A DNA stretch of 64,000 nucleotides from Malacoraja senta (taxonomy: Eukaryota). How positions within the stretch are numbered: position 1 is the first letter of the stretch; each line of letters opens with the position of its first letter. The translations under genes and the position numbers were made by a program. The notes beneath the pieces are model-generated. The model had not been told where the DNA came from, did not search any database, and was given only the letters and a program-made list of their open reading frames with translations. Positions 36,537 through 49,404 of the stretch are shown piece after piece. The stretch spans positions 62,001-126,000 of the forward strand of contig JAXLNO010000235.1 in assembly GCA_038087875.1 (NCBI GenBank), written 5' to 3'.

Positions 36537-37850
36537 TTGCGGATGGTGCCGCTAAAAAAAGCTTCTTGGACTAACCAGGTTGTTGTGCCCCGAATGATGA
36601 GGCAGACTAAAAATTCCTGTAAGAATCAGTCTCCCCCGGAAAAAGGAATGCCAACCATCCTGGAAGTACTTCAAATACAGGAGGACGCTCCTGCACAGGT
36701 AAAACAGCTGTGGCAGGACCAGGGCTGTGTGTTTGATCCTGTCACTAGCTTATGGGTTACGCCTGCAGGCCAGACTTGCATGTCTGATGAACTTGTGTTA
36801 TGGATTATTGAATGTGTACACTTTGCAACTCATTGTGGTGCCAAGGCCGGAAATGATATGCTTTTAGACACCTGGTGGCATCCAAAACTTCTGGACTTGG
36901 CCCAGCGTGTCAGCCAGCGATGTCTGATTTGCCAGCAGCATAATCCAGGTAAAGGCTTGCCCTGTGAACCAGGTAAGACCCCTTTACCAGCAGGTCCATT
37001 TGAGACCTTGCAAATGGACTACATTGAGTTGAAAAGGTGTCAGTGTTATAAGTATGTTCTTGTAATTGTCGATGATTTCAGTAAATGGATTGATGCATAC
37101 CTGACCACTGACAATAAGGCGTCTACCATTGTAAAAATATTGTTACGCGAAATCATACCGCGATTCGGTGTTCCTGCGCGTTTACGTTCCGATAAAGGTC
37201 CTCATTTTATTGCTGCAGTAAACAAAGAAATGTGCCAACAATTACAGATACATCAACAGCTCCATTGTGGATATAGACCTCAGGCCGCCGGATTGGTGGA
37301 ACGGGCAAATCAGACTTTGAAAACCAAATTAGCTAAATTAGTGGCACAGACTGGCTTAACGTGGTTTAAACTGCTTCCTGTAGCTCTTTTTCAGATACAG
37401 ACCACTCCTTCTGGTACGGCACGACTGACGCCTGCGGAAATAATATATGGTCGACCTTTACGGATGCCATGGAATGACCAGGCGGTCCATTTCCATGCCC
37501 CCGCAGCGGTCCATTTCTACCAGATGACTGAGGAAATGACATCCTATGTATTAACTTTAACCCGTGCTTTGCGAACTTCTCATTCACAGGTCAGGGCTGC
37601 AAATGGTGAGGCGCCAGCGCTCAAAGTTCCATCTAATATTGAGACGTGTTGCTATGTGCTGGTCAGGAACTGGAAGCGTAAGCACTTGGACTCACGTTGG
37701 GATGGTCCCTTCCAGGTCCTCCTCACCTCTCCAACCGCTGCCAAGGTCGAGGGTCGTGCTGCATGGATTCATCTGCACCACTGCAAACTGATTGGGGAGC
37801 CCAATCATAAGGGGGGAGAAGTCATTTTATTTTCAACTCAGAGTTTTTAG
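36537..37850 (+). CDS. pol: ERV-C integrase (HHCC, DDE core, GPF tail), open for 437 aa but lacking upstream gag/RT
   Basis: HFATH..CLIC zinc finger; LQMDYIEL..SDKGPHF..QAAGLVERAN; WDGPFQVLLTSPTAAKVEGRAAWIH. Confidence 0.85.
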   Translation: MRMVPLKKASWTNQVVVPRMMRQTKNSCKNQSPPEKGMPTILEVLQIQEDAPAQVKQLWQDQGCVFDPVTSLWVTPAGQTCMSDELVLWIIECVHFATHCGAKAGNDMLLDTWWHPKLLDLAQRVSQRCLICQQHNPGKGLPCEPGKTPLPAGPFETLQMDYIELKRCQCYKYVLVIVDDFSKWIDAYLTTDNKASTIVKILLREIIPRFGVPARLRSDKGPHFIAAVNKEMCQQLQIHQQLHCGYRPQAAGLVERANQTLKTKLAKLVAQTGLTWFKLLPVALFQIQTTPSGTARLTPAEIIYGRPLRMPWNDQAVHFHAPAAVHFYQMTEEMTSYVLTLTRALRTSHSQVRAANGEAPALKVPSNIETCCYVLVRNWKRKHLDSRWDGPFQVLLTSPTAAKVEGRAAWIHLHHCKLIGEPNHKGGEVILFSTQSF

Positions 37851-38094
37851 TTTTTGCATTGCTGCTTTGCTTGGGAGTTGTATCATTATAAGTTTAGTTG
37901 TATCATTATACGTTTAGTTGTAGCATTATAAGTTTAGTTTTGAATCCTTATTTTGCTATATGGTTAAGAATATGCGACTGATTACTGGACTGACTGACTG
38001 AAGGATGGTTAACTTGAGTGAATAGTTGATTAAGTCAATTAAGTAAGAAATGAACTTTATGTAAGCCTTTGCATTCATTTGCAGATAAATTCAA

Positions 38095-39935
38095 ATGAGG
38101 CGATTTATCCTGCCATGCAACCTAATGCTTCTGCAGACAGAGGGAAATAAAGGACAGATTCGACGATGTGTCTCAAGACACGCATATAGGATATTTCACC
38201 TCTGCAAAGGAGATGTTGTACAACGTAGAGGCCCAGAAGTCCTCGGAAGATGGAACATAATTACAATTAACTACTGCCATGGCAAAATGCAACAGACTAA
38301 CTGAAGCCTCTACCTAATTGATCAGTCACTCTGGGAGTTTCCATGTGGGTACCGGATATGCAGGGTTGACTTATCTTGCAGGAGGAACCCCGGGGAGGAC
38401 CGAACTCTAAATAAACACTTGTATGATGGACTATGTTATCAAGTAGCATTACAGGTCCACCCGGGGCTCCGAAGGACAGAACCTGAACAACAAATACGGG
38501 AAAAGGGAGAATTTGAAGAAAAAGATACTAACGTGTTTCTACGGGCACATAATGAATTATTTGGTAAAGGGCAAGTTGTGTGTTACCCCGCCATGAAATC
38601 TGTTATTAACCTATTACAGTATCTCCTGAGTGGGGAAGAATTTAACGATTAGTAAAGTGTCATGATGAGATGCCAGTTCCGGTCAAAGCTGTCACCATCT
38701 ATTATGACGAGTTCTTAGCCCCACCAGCTAACTGTTTGCCATTACCTGGCGACAATAAGCATTCATACCCAGGCTGTCAAAACTCTTCGGGTACCAGAGT
38801 GGAACCACTAATGCCGTGTAACTTTACCCCTAACACAGACAATAGACAATACGGATGATGCTTCACTAACCAGGGATACGGGTGCATAGTTGTTGACGTA
38901 CCTTCCAACATTACGTGCATAGTACGAACCCCACGACAACCTAGTTGCAACAGCACATCTAAGGGCATCCAATGCACCATTCCCAGTCACTGCAGGGTTT
39001 CAACTGCTTTGTGGGTGGGCCAATGGAACCCATCTAACTCTAGGATTCTATCACTTGCCCATCCCAAGATACACCAATTGGATTTCAAGCAATTGGATGG
39101 ACTGGGCAAAGGGTGGCGAGGTGATTAATACACGCATGGACTGTCATGGGTCCATATACACCGAGGAAGGGTATTACTTCTTTTTCAATGGCAAAGGGAC
39201 CAATGTGCTAAAACCTCCTTTTCCAAAGAACATAGCCATCGGGACCCTTGTCCCCACCACCGTTCCCTGCCCAGAGAGTTGGTCCCGACAAAACCAAAGG
39301 ACTCTGCGCAGGGCAATATCCGCCGAATTCTGTGCCAATTGGAGAAACCCAACTACAATGGGAACATCTAGGTGGGATGCTGCGGGGTGGGGGTACTAAG
39401 CCTGCTTACTTTCAGAGGTGTAGGGGGAGGGTTGGCAGCAAAACATCGAAACTATATGATTTGTGGACTAACCATTTTGGGAAATGCCACTACTGGCGCC
39501 TTGGAGGCAATAATAACCCAACTATCAGAAATGCTTCTGTTCTCTTTACAGAATAGATATGCCTTAGATTATCTGTTGGCCCGTGAGGGAGGGACGTGTG
39601 CTGTTGTAAAAGAAAAATGTATGATGGGAGTTCAGGATAGAACTAGTAATATCACCAAACATCAAGAGGACATTACTACCCTGCTTGATGGAATGAAGGA
39701 GGGTGTTGGATGGGGAAACTGGGGTTTTGGGGGATTATATAATTAGATCATCAGCATGGCCATAAATGCAGCAATAGTGATCATGTGTTTGTTAGTGAGA
39801 ATTGCTATTGTTAAATGTATCATCACCAGACTAATGACAGCCTTGGGTAATGTGGAAACTGGAGGGCAGGTCTTATTGCGGCACCTAGAAGAAGACATTA
39901 CGATGTTGGAGTCTGATGGAAGTAGAGACGTGTGA
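38095..39935 (+). pseudogene. env: ERV-C env copy 1 (filovirus GP2-like TM), several stops and frameshifts
   Basis: Acceptor-like tttgcag at 38078-38084 precedes the ATG at 38095. Furin-like RTLRR; immunosuppressive domain (ISD) LQNRYALDYLLAREGGTC; hydrophobic anchor after a TGG>TAG-like stop at 39744-39746. Confidence 0.85.
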
Positions 39936-40239
39936 ACCAGCAGGTAGAGAAGGAAATGTTGGAGGAGTGTAATAGGCTTAATAATGTGGAGAAGGAGGAA
40001 TGTTATTAAGTCCAGAATAATTGAGCACCATAAGGGCTAGGGTTGGAAGCACAGCAGAGAAGTAGGGAACAGCATTGGTGTCAACAAGCCAGCCTGCTGA
40101 CCTACGTGGTCCAGGTTTTGGGGGCTATAAAGCATCTCAAGGTTAGGTATAAACTTGGATGACTAATAAGCCAATGCTGATGAATCTCTGCCTTGTGTTA
40201 TTATCCTATTAGTGGTCATAGAATGACCAGAGTGAGGAA

Positions 40240-41550
40240 TGAGGAAATATTATACAAATAGAACCGCTTGGATAGAGACTTTTATATAAGCTAGGTGAAT
40301 TGCAAAAGAAAAGCTTAAAGTTTCCCTGAACTGAAATAAAGTGCAAACTGACACGTACACACAGGCAAAGATGAATCAAAACATGGAGGCCTGAACCTGA
40401 ACCTGCTTAGCTTAGGTTATTGTTTGGGGGCAATTATAGCACTGGAGGAAATTGTATTTGATATGGCTTTGTGTTGAAGAATGGGAAGCTGAATAAGGGG
40501 CCTCTTCTTAGGCCATCTGCTCTGTCTCTATGGCACATTTTTGAACTCTGAATGTGACATAAACGTGAAGAGTTATGGCTTGTTATGCTAGGTTTGAGAC
40601 AGAATTCAAGGCTGAGAGATGATAGACTGCAGTTAGCCTTGACTGTGTAAAATTATAATGAGTGTGATAAGGAATAAGATGTAAGTGAAGGAATAGTTGC
40701 TTTGAGAAATAATTAGATTGAGGGAGTTGTTTATAGAAGGTTGAAGCAGATGGAATTCTGACGTAATGGTCTGGGTTGTACCTTGTACCTTGTGTTCTGT
40801 CTGGTACGTGAGATTGGAAATCCTGCTTCCCGATAACAGGAAAGGCACCAAACTCATATTAACTAAATTGACAGATTTACGACCCATGTATCTTTGGATG
40901 GGAGATGGAAATGTGCGTTTTGAACAGAAACTGTAATTCAGCAAACTTGTATAATTAATGTTTTAAAGATATAGGTAATGGTATTTCAAAATGTGTAAAA
41001 TTATAGTAACACCAATTATGCAATGTATTGTCTTAGTAGAAAGGTACACTTTAGACTTAGAGAAATTGTTTAGATTTATAGAAATATCTTTTCTCTTGGT
41101 ATAGAAAGTGTGTATGACTTGAGTGATCATTGTATGTATCTTATATTTTGAAGAGTGGTCTTTGATAAAAGCCTACAGGGGTTTTGCTGTGTTGAAATAA
41201 AATAATTCTAAAACAGTTATAGAGTTATACCATAGACAAACAAAGATTGTAAAAAGACGTCAGGAAAGGGGATATCCTGTGACTGATGTTGTAAATCACC
41301 AAAAGGACTCAGATGATTGGTTACCAGTTGTCCTACCCTCTGTATTTGAAATGTCTAAATACCTATATAAAGCAATGAGTTTGTATCAAAAACACAAATA
41401 CTTTGGAGCTGCCCCGGAGCTTCTATCTCTGTTGGAAGGTTCAAAGAATTGTCTCAGTACTGAATAAAGAATCAATTCCAACAGCTACAAGCATTTGAGT
41501 CAAGTTTTCTTGACTTTAGATTGACAAAATAACTCAGTTTAACATTCTCA
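40240..41550 (+). repeat. ERV-C 3' LTR (~1.3 kb), copy 1
   Basis: Starts TGAGGAA after the PPT and ends TTCTCA at the junction with a Penelope fragment. tatataaa at ~41364 and aataaa at ~41463. Confidence 0.65.
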
Positions 41551-41569
41551 CTGTCTCTGACTACATTTT

Positions 41570-41730
41570 ATCTCTGTGGCCACTCTCGTCATCACTCTGA
41601 AGAAGGGTCTCAACATGAAACATCACCCATTCCTTCTCGCCAGAGATGCTGCCCGTCTCGCTGAGTTACTCCAGCATTTTGTTTCTTATCTTTGATTTAA
41701 AATACATTTTGACAGGTCTGGAAAGGTTGA
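41570..41730 (-). repeat. Inverted paralog of 15559-15719 (DIRS left flank); also at 61935-62095
   Basis: Near-exact reverse complement, including private variants and flanking sequence beyond the Penelope terminus. Confidence 0.85.
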
Positions 41731-44700
41731 TGATGGTGTTAGTACCATGTACAGGTGTGCAGTCGTAGGTGAAGAGGGAGTAGAGGAGGGGGCTCAGCAC
41801 ACAGCCCTGTGGAACGCCGGTGTTCAGGGTGAGGGTTGAAGAGGTGTGGTTGTCTGACCTAACAGACTGGGGTCTGTTAGTTAGAAAGTCCAGTATCCAG
41901 TTGCAGAGGGAGGGGTCGATGCCCAGGTCGCTGAGTTTGGTCATCAGTTTTGAGGGGATAATGATGTTAAATGCTGAGATGAACAGCATTCTCACGTAGG
42001 TATCTCTGTTGTCGAGGTGGGAGAGGGCGGAGTGAAGTGCCGTTGAGATGGCATGCTCCGTACTCCTGTTCTTGCAGTAGGCGAACTGATAGGGATCCAG
42101 TGTGGGAGGTAGGCAGCCTTTGAGGTGTGCCAGGACCAGCCTCTCGAAGCACTTAGTGATGATGGGAGTAAGTGCAACTGGGCAGAAGTCGTTGAGGCTC
42201 GCCGCAGTGGAGTGTTTTGGCACCGGCACGAGGGAGGTGGTTATAAGGCACGTGGGGACAACTGCTTGGGCATGTGACAGGTTGAAGATGTCAGTCTAGA
42301 GAGTAGGTTAATTTGGTATAAATGTAAATTGTCCCTAGTGTGCGTGGGGTAGTTTAATGCACGGGTATCGCTGGTTGACGTGGACGCGGTGGGCTGAAGG
42401 GCCTGATTCTGTGCTGTATCTCTAAACTAAACTAAAAAAGTTCTGACTGTCTGGTTAAAGATATGAACACATGGGCTCACTGGTCTGCGGGCTATAGGAA
42501 GAATCTTGTACTTTGGTGACTTTCACAAGCAATGTTAAACTGAGACCAACGAAGTAACGGCAATAGTTTGTTTTAGAGAGATGGCGTGAAAACAGGCCCT
42601 TCCGCCTACCGAGCCCGCGCCAACTAACGATCACCTGTACACTAGTCCTATATCCTTCACACTAGGGGCAATTTACAGACATCAATTAACCTACACACCG
42701 GCACATCTCTAGAATGTGGGAGGAAACCAGAGCACCGGAAGGAATCCCACGTGGGTCACAGGGAGAACCTACAAACTACACGCACACGTAGACAGGATCG
42801 AACCCGGGTCTCTGGCACCGTAAGGCAGCAACTCTTAGTCTATCGCTGCGCCACCATGCTGATCAATTCACTTGATGCTAAGGAAGTTGTATGTCAGCCC
42901 TCTGCAAACTTTAAAACCCAATGAGATGTTCCTTCTCCATTTTGTACATCAAGTCCTCTCCGTCATTCAATCATATCTGGATTGGCATGGCTTAGAACAT
43001 CAGAAAAACCCTCTCCCACAGCCACTGATTTCTCAGGGACTACAAAGGGAAAATGTACTCCAGTAATCCCTCTGTGTGCTTTATATCTGTCTGTTAAGCT
43101 GTTCAGATTTGTCAAATATTGAATTGCATTCCAACAATGGAGTCTTTAGGTTTATAGAGTTAAGCGTGAAACTGATAAAGCAGAAGTATTTTCGTGCCAG
43201 GAACAAACTACACACTCTTTGACTATAGACAACTCTCATTTGGCAAATGGCAAAAATATTCTGCTGTTTTTAAAGTATTTTTCCCCAACATGGCAGTGTG
43301 GCTCAGCGGTAGAGTTGCTGCCTCACTGCGCCGGAGACCCAGGTGCTGTCTGTACAGAGTATGTATGTTCCCCTCGTGACCAGCGTGGGTTTTCTACGGA
43401 TGCTCCGGTTTCCTCCCACACTCCAAAGACGTGCAGGTTTGTAGGTTAATTGGCTTTGGTAAAAAGTCCCCAGTGTGTAGGATAGTGAGGGTGTAGAGGT
43501 GAATACTGGTCGGCGTGGACTCGGTGGGCCAAAGGGCCCGTTGCCGCACTGTATCTCGAAATGAAAACACTTGAGGTTTAATATTGTTTGTGCTGGAGTA
43601 ACTCAGCGGGTTGCGCAGCATCTCTGGAGAACATGAGTGCGTGACGTTTTGGTTCAGGACCCGTCTTCAGGACCAGACGTCAACGAGTGCTGGACTCACC
43701 ATGATGTAGAAACATAGAAAATAGGTGCAGGAGTAGGCCATTCGGCCCTTCGAGCCAGCACCGCCTTTCAATATGATTTTGGCTGATCATCCAAAATCAA
43801 TACCCCATTCCTGCTATCTCCCCATATCCCTTGATTCTGTTAGCCCAAAGAGCCACATCCAACACTCACTTGAAAACATCCAGTGAATTGGCCTCCACTG
43901 CCTTCTGTGGCAGAGAATTCTACAGATTTTCTGCGTGAAAATGTTTTCCCTCTTCTGAGTCCTAAATGGCCTAACCCGTTATTCTTAAACTGTGACCCCT
44001 GGTTCTGGACTCCCCGAACATCGGGAACATTGTTCCTGCATCTAGCCTTAACTCCTTTAAGAATGTTATATGTTTTCATAAGATTCCCTCTCATCCTTCT
44101 CATTTCCAGCGAATTCAAGCCCAGTCTACCCATGCTTTCATCATACGTAAGTCTTGCCACCCCGGATATTGACCTGGTGAACTTACGCTGCACTCCCTCA
44201 ATAGTAAGAATGTCCTTCTGCAAATTAGGAAAGGTACAGGAGTGTGAAAACGCACACCTCCAGATTCAGGGACAGTTTCTTCCCAGCTGTTACCAGGCAA
44301 CTAAAGCATCCTACCACAACCAGAGAGCAGTTCTGAACTACTATCTACCTCATTGGTGACCCTCGGACTATCCTTGCTGGCTTTACCTTGCACTAAACGT
44401 TATTCCTTTACCATGTATCTATACATTGCAAATGGCTCGATTGTAATCATGCAATGTCTTTCTGCTAACTGTTTTTAACATGCGACAAAAAGCATTTCTC
44501 CGTACACGTGACAATAAACTCAATTGAACTGAGTTCCTTGTATCTACCACTTGAGTCCAGTTGGTTATAAACACTGTGACATGTGGCCATATGGTGAAGT
44601 GTTTTATTCCCTTCTCGGCCGGCCTTCCATTCATAAGATCGCAAGTTTGTAAACCATCATAGATGCATAGATACAAAGAAAATAGGTGCAGGAGTAGGCC

Positions 44701-44756
44701 ATTCGGCCCTTCGAGCATGCACCGCCATTCAATATGGTCATGGCTGATCATCCAAC

Positions 44757-46040
44757 TCAGTATCCCCTACCTGCCTTCTCTCCATACCCCCTGATCCCCT
44801 TAGCCACAAGGGCCACATCTAACTCCCTCTTAAATATAGCCAATGAACTGGCCTCAACTACCCTCTGTGGCAGAGAGTTCCAGAGATTCACCACACTCTG
44901 TGTGAAAACGTTTTTCCTCATCTCGGTCCTAAAGGATTTCCCCCTTATCCTTAAGCTGTGACCCCTTGTCCTGGACTTCCCCAACATCGGGAACAATCTT
45001 CCTGCATCTAGCCTGTCCAAACCCATAAGAATTTTGTACGTTTCTATAAGATCCCCTCTCAATCTCCTAAATTCTAGCGAGTATAAGCCAAGTCTATCCA
45101 GTCTTTCTTCATATGAAAGTCCTGACATCCCAGGAATCAGTCTGATGAACCTTCTCTGCACTCCCTCTATGGCTATAATGTCCTTCCTCAGATTTGGAGA
45201 CCAAAACTGTACGCAATACTCCAGGTGTGGTCTCACCAAGACCCTGTACAACTGCAGTAGAACCTCCCTGCTCCTATACTTAAATCCTCTTGCTATGAAG
45301 GCCAACATACCATTCGCTTTCTTCACTGCCTGCTGTACCTGCATGCCTACTTTCAATGACTGGTGTACCATGACACCCAGGTCTCGCTGCATCTCCCCAT
45401 TTCCCAATCGGCCACCATATAGATAATAGTCTGCCTTCCCGTTTTTGCCACCAAAGTGGATAACCTCACACTTATCCACATTATACTGCATCTGCCAAAC
45501 ATCTGCCCACTCACCCAGCCTATCCAAGTCACCCTGCAGTCTCCTAGCATCCTCCTCACAGCTAACACTGCCCCCCAGCTTAGTGTCATCCGCAAACTTG
45601 GAGATGTTGCTTTCAATTCCCTCGTCCAGATCATTAATATAAATTGTAAATAGCTGGGATCCCAGCACTGAGCCTTGCGGTACCCCACTAGTCACTGCCT
45701 GCCATTGTGAAAAGAACCCGTTTACTCCTACTCTTTGCTTCCTGTTTGCCAGCCAGTTCTCTATCCACATCAATACTGAACCCCCAATACCATGTGATTT
45801 AAGTTTGTATCCTAATCTCTTATGTGGTACCTTGTCGAAAGCCTTCTGAAAGTCCAGATACAACACATCCACTGGTTCTCCACTATCCACTCTACTAGTT
45901 ACATCCTCGAAAAATTCTATAAGATTCGTCAGACACGATTTACCTTTCGTAAATCCATGCTGACTTTGTCCAATGATTTCACCACTTTCCAAATGTGCTG
46001 CTATCCCATCTTTAATAACTGACTCTAGCAGTTTCCCCAC
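44757..46040 (-). mobile_element. CR1 LINE RT, uninterrupted 427-aa 3' fragment (copy 2)
   Basis: QHGF..YLDFQKAFDKVPH..GVPQGSVLG..KFADDTKL. The copy 1 equivalent has a stop near 30094. Confidence 0.92.
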
Positions 46041-46783
46041 TACCGATGTTAGACTAACTGGTCTGTAATTCCCCGTTTTCTCTCTCCCTCCCTTCTTAAA
46101 AAGTGGGGTTACGTTTGCTACCCTCCAATCCTCAGGAACTACTCATAATCAGAGGTGACCTCATAATGTGCCTGGCCGGCGACATCACAATGAACTGCAT
46201 CCGTAACCATGAGAGACGGACGGGCTCCATTCCATCCATCAACTTGAAGTGGGTTCACAGTTTGCGAGATATTGAACAGATCAGAGCTTTAAAATTCACT
46301 CTACGTATTTAGAAACAAAGGAACCTGTATCAAAAATGCCGGTGGAGAGTGCCAAGCAGGATGATAAAAGGAGATCTAAGGTAGATTTGAATCCATTAAT
46401 AGACCAAGATAAAAGGTGGAGTGACTCAGCGAGTCTTATTCTTAAACTGTGACCCCCTGGTTCTGGACCCCCTACATTGGGAACATAGGGACGTAGGGCT
46501 CTACTGCCACCTCTGAGCTTTTCTTTATGGGAGAGAATCCTATCCATCCAGTGACAATCCTGTCTCCAGTCTTCAACATCCCCCCCCCCCCCCCGCCTCT
46601 CCCCCTACCCACCCTTCTACCCTCTCTGGACCTTTTTATATGCACTGTTGGTGCAACAACTGCCTTGGCTTCTCTACTCCACTGGCCCACTCAAACCGGA
46701 AGGGTCCTGACCTGAAACGACAAATGTTAGGGAGCATCTCTGGAGAACATCTCTGGAGAAGGATATTGAATTATGTGAGGTAA

Positions 46784-49404
46784 GGGAAACAAGTAGAAAA
46801 GCTATGGAAACTATGAGATTAAAAGAAGAGGAAGTACTGACACTTTAAAAAATATATAAAAGTGGATAAGTCTTGAGGGAAGTTAGTATAGAAATAGCAG
46901 GGGCTATGACAGAAATATTTCAAATGCCATTAGAAACGGGAATAGTGCCGGAGGATTGGCGTACTGCGCATGTTGTTCCATTGTATTAAAAGGGTTCTAA
47001 GAGTAAACCTAGCAATTATAGACCTGTTAGTTTGACGTCAGTGGTGGGCAAATTAATGGAAAGGATACTTAGAGATAATATATATAAGCATCTGGATCAA
47101 CAGGATCTGATTAGGAACAGTCAACATGGATTTGTGCCTGGAAGGTCATGTTTGACTAATCTTGAATTTTTTTGAAAAGGTTACTGGGGAAATTGATGAG
47201 GGTAAAGCAATGGATGTTGTCTATATGGACTTCAGTAAGGCCTTTGACAAGGTTCCTCATGGAGGGTTGGTTAAGAAAGTTCAATTGTTGGGTATTAATG
47301 GTGGAATAGCAAGATGGATTCAACAGTGGCTGAATGGGAGATGCCAGAGAGCAATGGTGGATGGCTGTTTGTCAGGTTGGAGGCCGGTGACTAGTGGCGT
47401 GCCTCAGGGATCTGTGTTGGGTCCACTGTTGTTTGTCATGTACATTAATGATCTGGATGGTGGTGTGGTAAATTGGATTAGTAAGTATGCAGATGATACT
47501 AAGATAGGTGGTGTTGTGGATAATGAAGTAGATTTTCAAAGTCTACAGAGATATTTAGGCCATTTGGAAGAGTCGGCTGAAAGATAGCAGATGGAGTTTA
47601 ATGCAGATAAGTGTGAGGTGCTACATCTTGGCAGGACAAATCAAAATAGGACGTACATGGTAAATGGTAGCGAATTGAGCAATGCAGTTGAACAGAGGGA
47701 TCTAGGAATAACTGTGCATAGTTCCCTGAAGGTGGCATCTCATGTAAATAGGGTGGTAAAGAAAGCTTTTGGTGTGCTGGCCTTCATAAATCAGAGCATT
47801 GAGTATAGAAGCTGGAATGTAATGTTAAAATTGTACAAGGCATTGGTGAGGCCAATTCTGGAGTATGGTGTACAATTTTGGTCGGCTAATTATAGGGAGG
47901 ATGTCAACAAAATAGAGGGAGTACAGAGGAGGTTTACTAGAATGTTGCCTGAGTTTCAACAACTAAGTTACAGAGAAAGGTCGAACAAGTTAGGTCTTTA
48001 TTCTTTGGAACGCAGAACGTTAAGGGGGACTTGATAGAGGTCTTTAAATGATGAGAGGGATAGACAGAGTTGACGTGGATAAGCTTTTCCCATTGAGAGT
48101 AGGGAAGATTCAAACAAGAGGACATGACTTGAGAATTAAGGAACAGAAGATTAGGGGTAACATGAGGGGGAACTCCTTTACTCAGAGAGTGGTAGCTGTG
48201 CGGAATGAGCTTCCAGTGGAAGTAGTGGAGGCAGGTTCGATTTTCTCACTTAAAAATAAATTGGATAGGTATATGGATGGGAAAGGAATGGAGGTTTATG
48301 GTCTGAGTGCTGGTAGATGGGACTAGGGGAAAATAAGTGTTCGGCACGGACTAGAAGGGCCAAGATGGCGTGTTTCCGTGCTGTAATTGTTATATGGTTA
48401 TATGGTTATAACATGGATAGATGACATTTCACGGAGTGCTGGAGTAACTCAGCGGGTCAGGCAGCATCTGTGGAGAACATGGGTAGGTGACGTTTCACAG
48501 AGTACTGGAGTAACTCAGCGTGTCAGGCAGCATCTGTGAAGAACATGGATAGATGACGTTTCACAGATTGCTGGAGTAACTCAGCGGGTCAGGCAGCATC
48601 TGTGTAGAACATGGATAGGTGACGTTTCACAGGACAATGAAGCTAGTTGGAGAATGGTGGCCGATTAGGAAAAGGGGAGATGCAACGAGACCTGGGTGTC
48701 ATGGCACACCAGTCATTAAAAGTAGGAATGCAGGTGCAGCAGGCAGTGAAGAAAGCAAATGGTATGTTAGCATTCATAGCAAAATGATTTGAGTATAAGA
48801 GCTGGGAGGTTCTATTGCAGTTGTACAGGGTCTTGGTGAGATCACACTTGGAGTATTGCATACAGTTCTGGTCTCCTAACCTGAGGAAAGACATTCTTGC
48901 CATAGAGGGTGTACAGAGAAGGTTCAGCAGACTGATTCCTGGGATGGCAGGACTTTCATATGAAGAAAGACTGGATAGACACGGCTTATACATGCTAGCA
49001 TTCAGAAGATTAAGGTGGGATCTTATAGAAACTTACAAAATTCTTAAGGGGTTTAACAGGCTAGATGCAGGAAGATTATTCCCGATATTGGGGAAGTACA
49101 GAACTAGGGGGTCACAGTTTAAGGATATGAGGGAAGTTTTTTAGGACCGAGATGAGAAAATCATTTTTTACACAGAGAGTGGTGAATCTGTGGAATTCTC
49201 TGCCACAGAAGGTAGTTGAGGCCAATTCATTGGCTATATTTAAGAGGGAGTTAGATGTGGCCCTTGTGGCTAAAGGGATCAGGGGGTATGGAGAGAAGGC
49301 AGGGATGGAATACTGAGTTGGATGATCAGCCATGATCATATCGAATAGCGGTGCAGGCTCGAAAGGCCGAATGGCCTACTCCTGCACCTATTTTCTATGT
49401 TTCT
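46784..49404 (+). mobile_element. CR1 fragments and 66-bp minisatellite (copy 2 of 31200-33820)
   Basis: ORFs 47162-47587, 47591-48034, 48048-48326 and 48815-49144. Confidence 0.9.

Larger units (their letters stand above)
36320..41550 (+). mobile_element. ERV-C copy 1: 5'-truncated epsilon-like ERV (RNaseH-IN, env, PPT, long 3' LTR)
   Basis: RNaseH IYTD.QYAFGVVHDYG..WKNRGFLTSSG..KVRAH..GNRLAD; integrase ORF; env; the hairpin tggtcatagaatgacca with a purine tract at 40213-40239; then the LTR. Confidence 0.92.
26178..41726. repeat. ~15.6 kb tandem segmental duplication, copy 1
   Basis: The whole ORF series recurs at about +15.57 kb (e.g. 27301/42872, 29176/44757, 32007/47591, 34127/49711). 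Confidence 0.95.
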
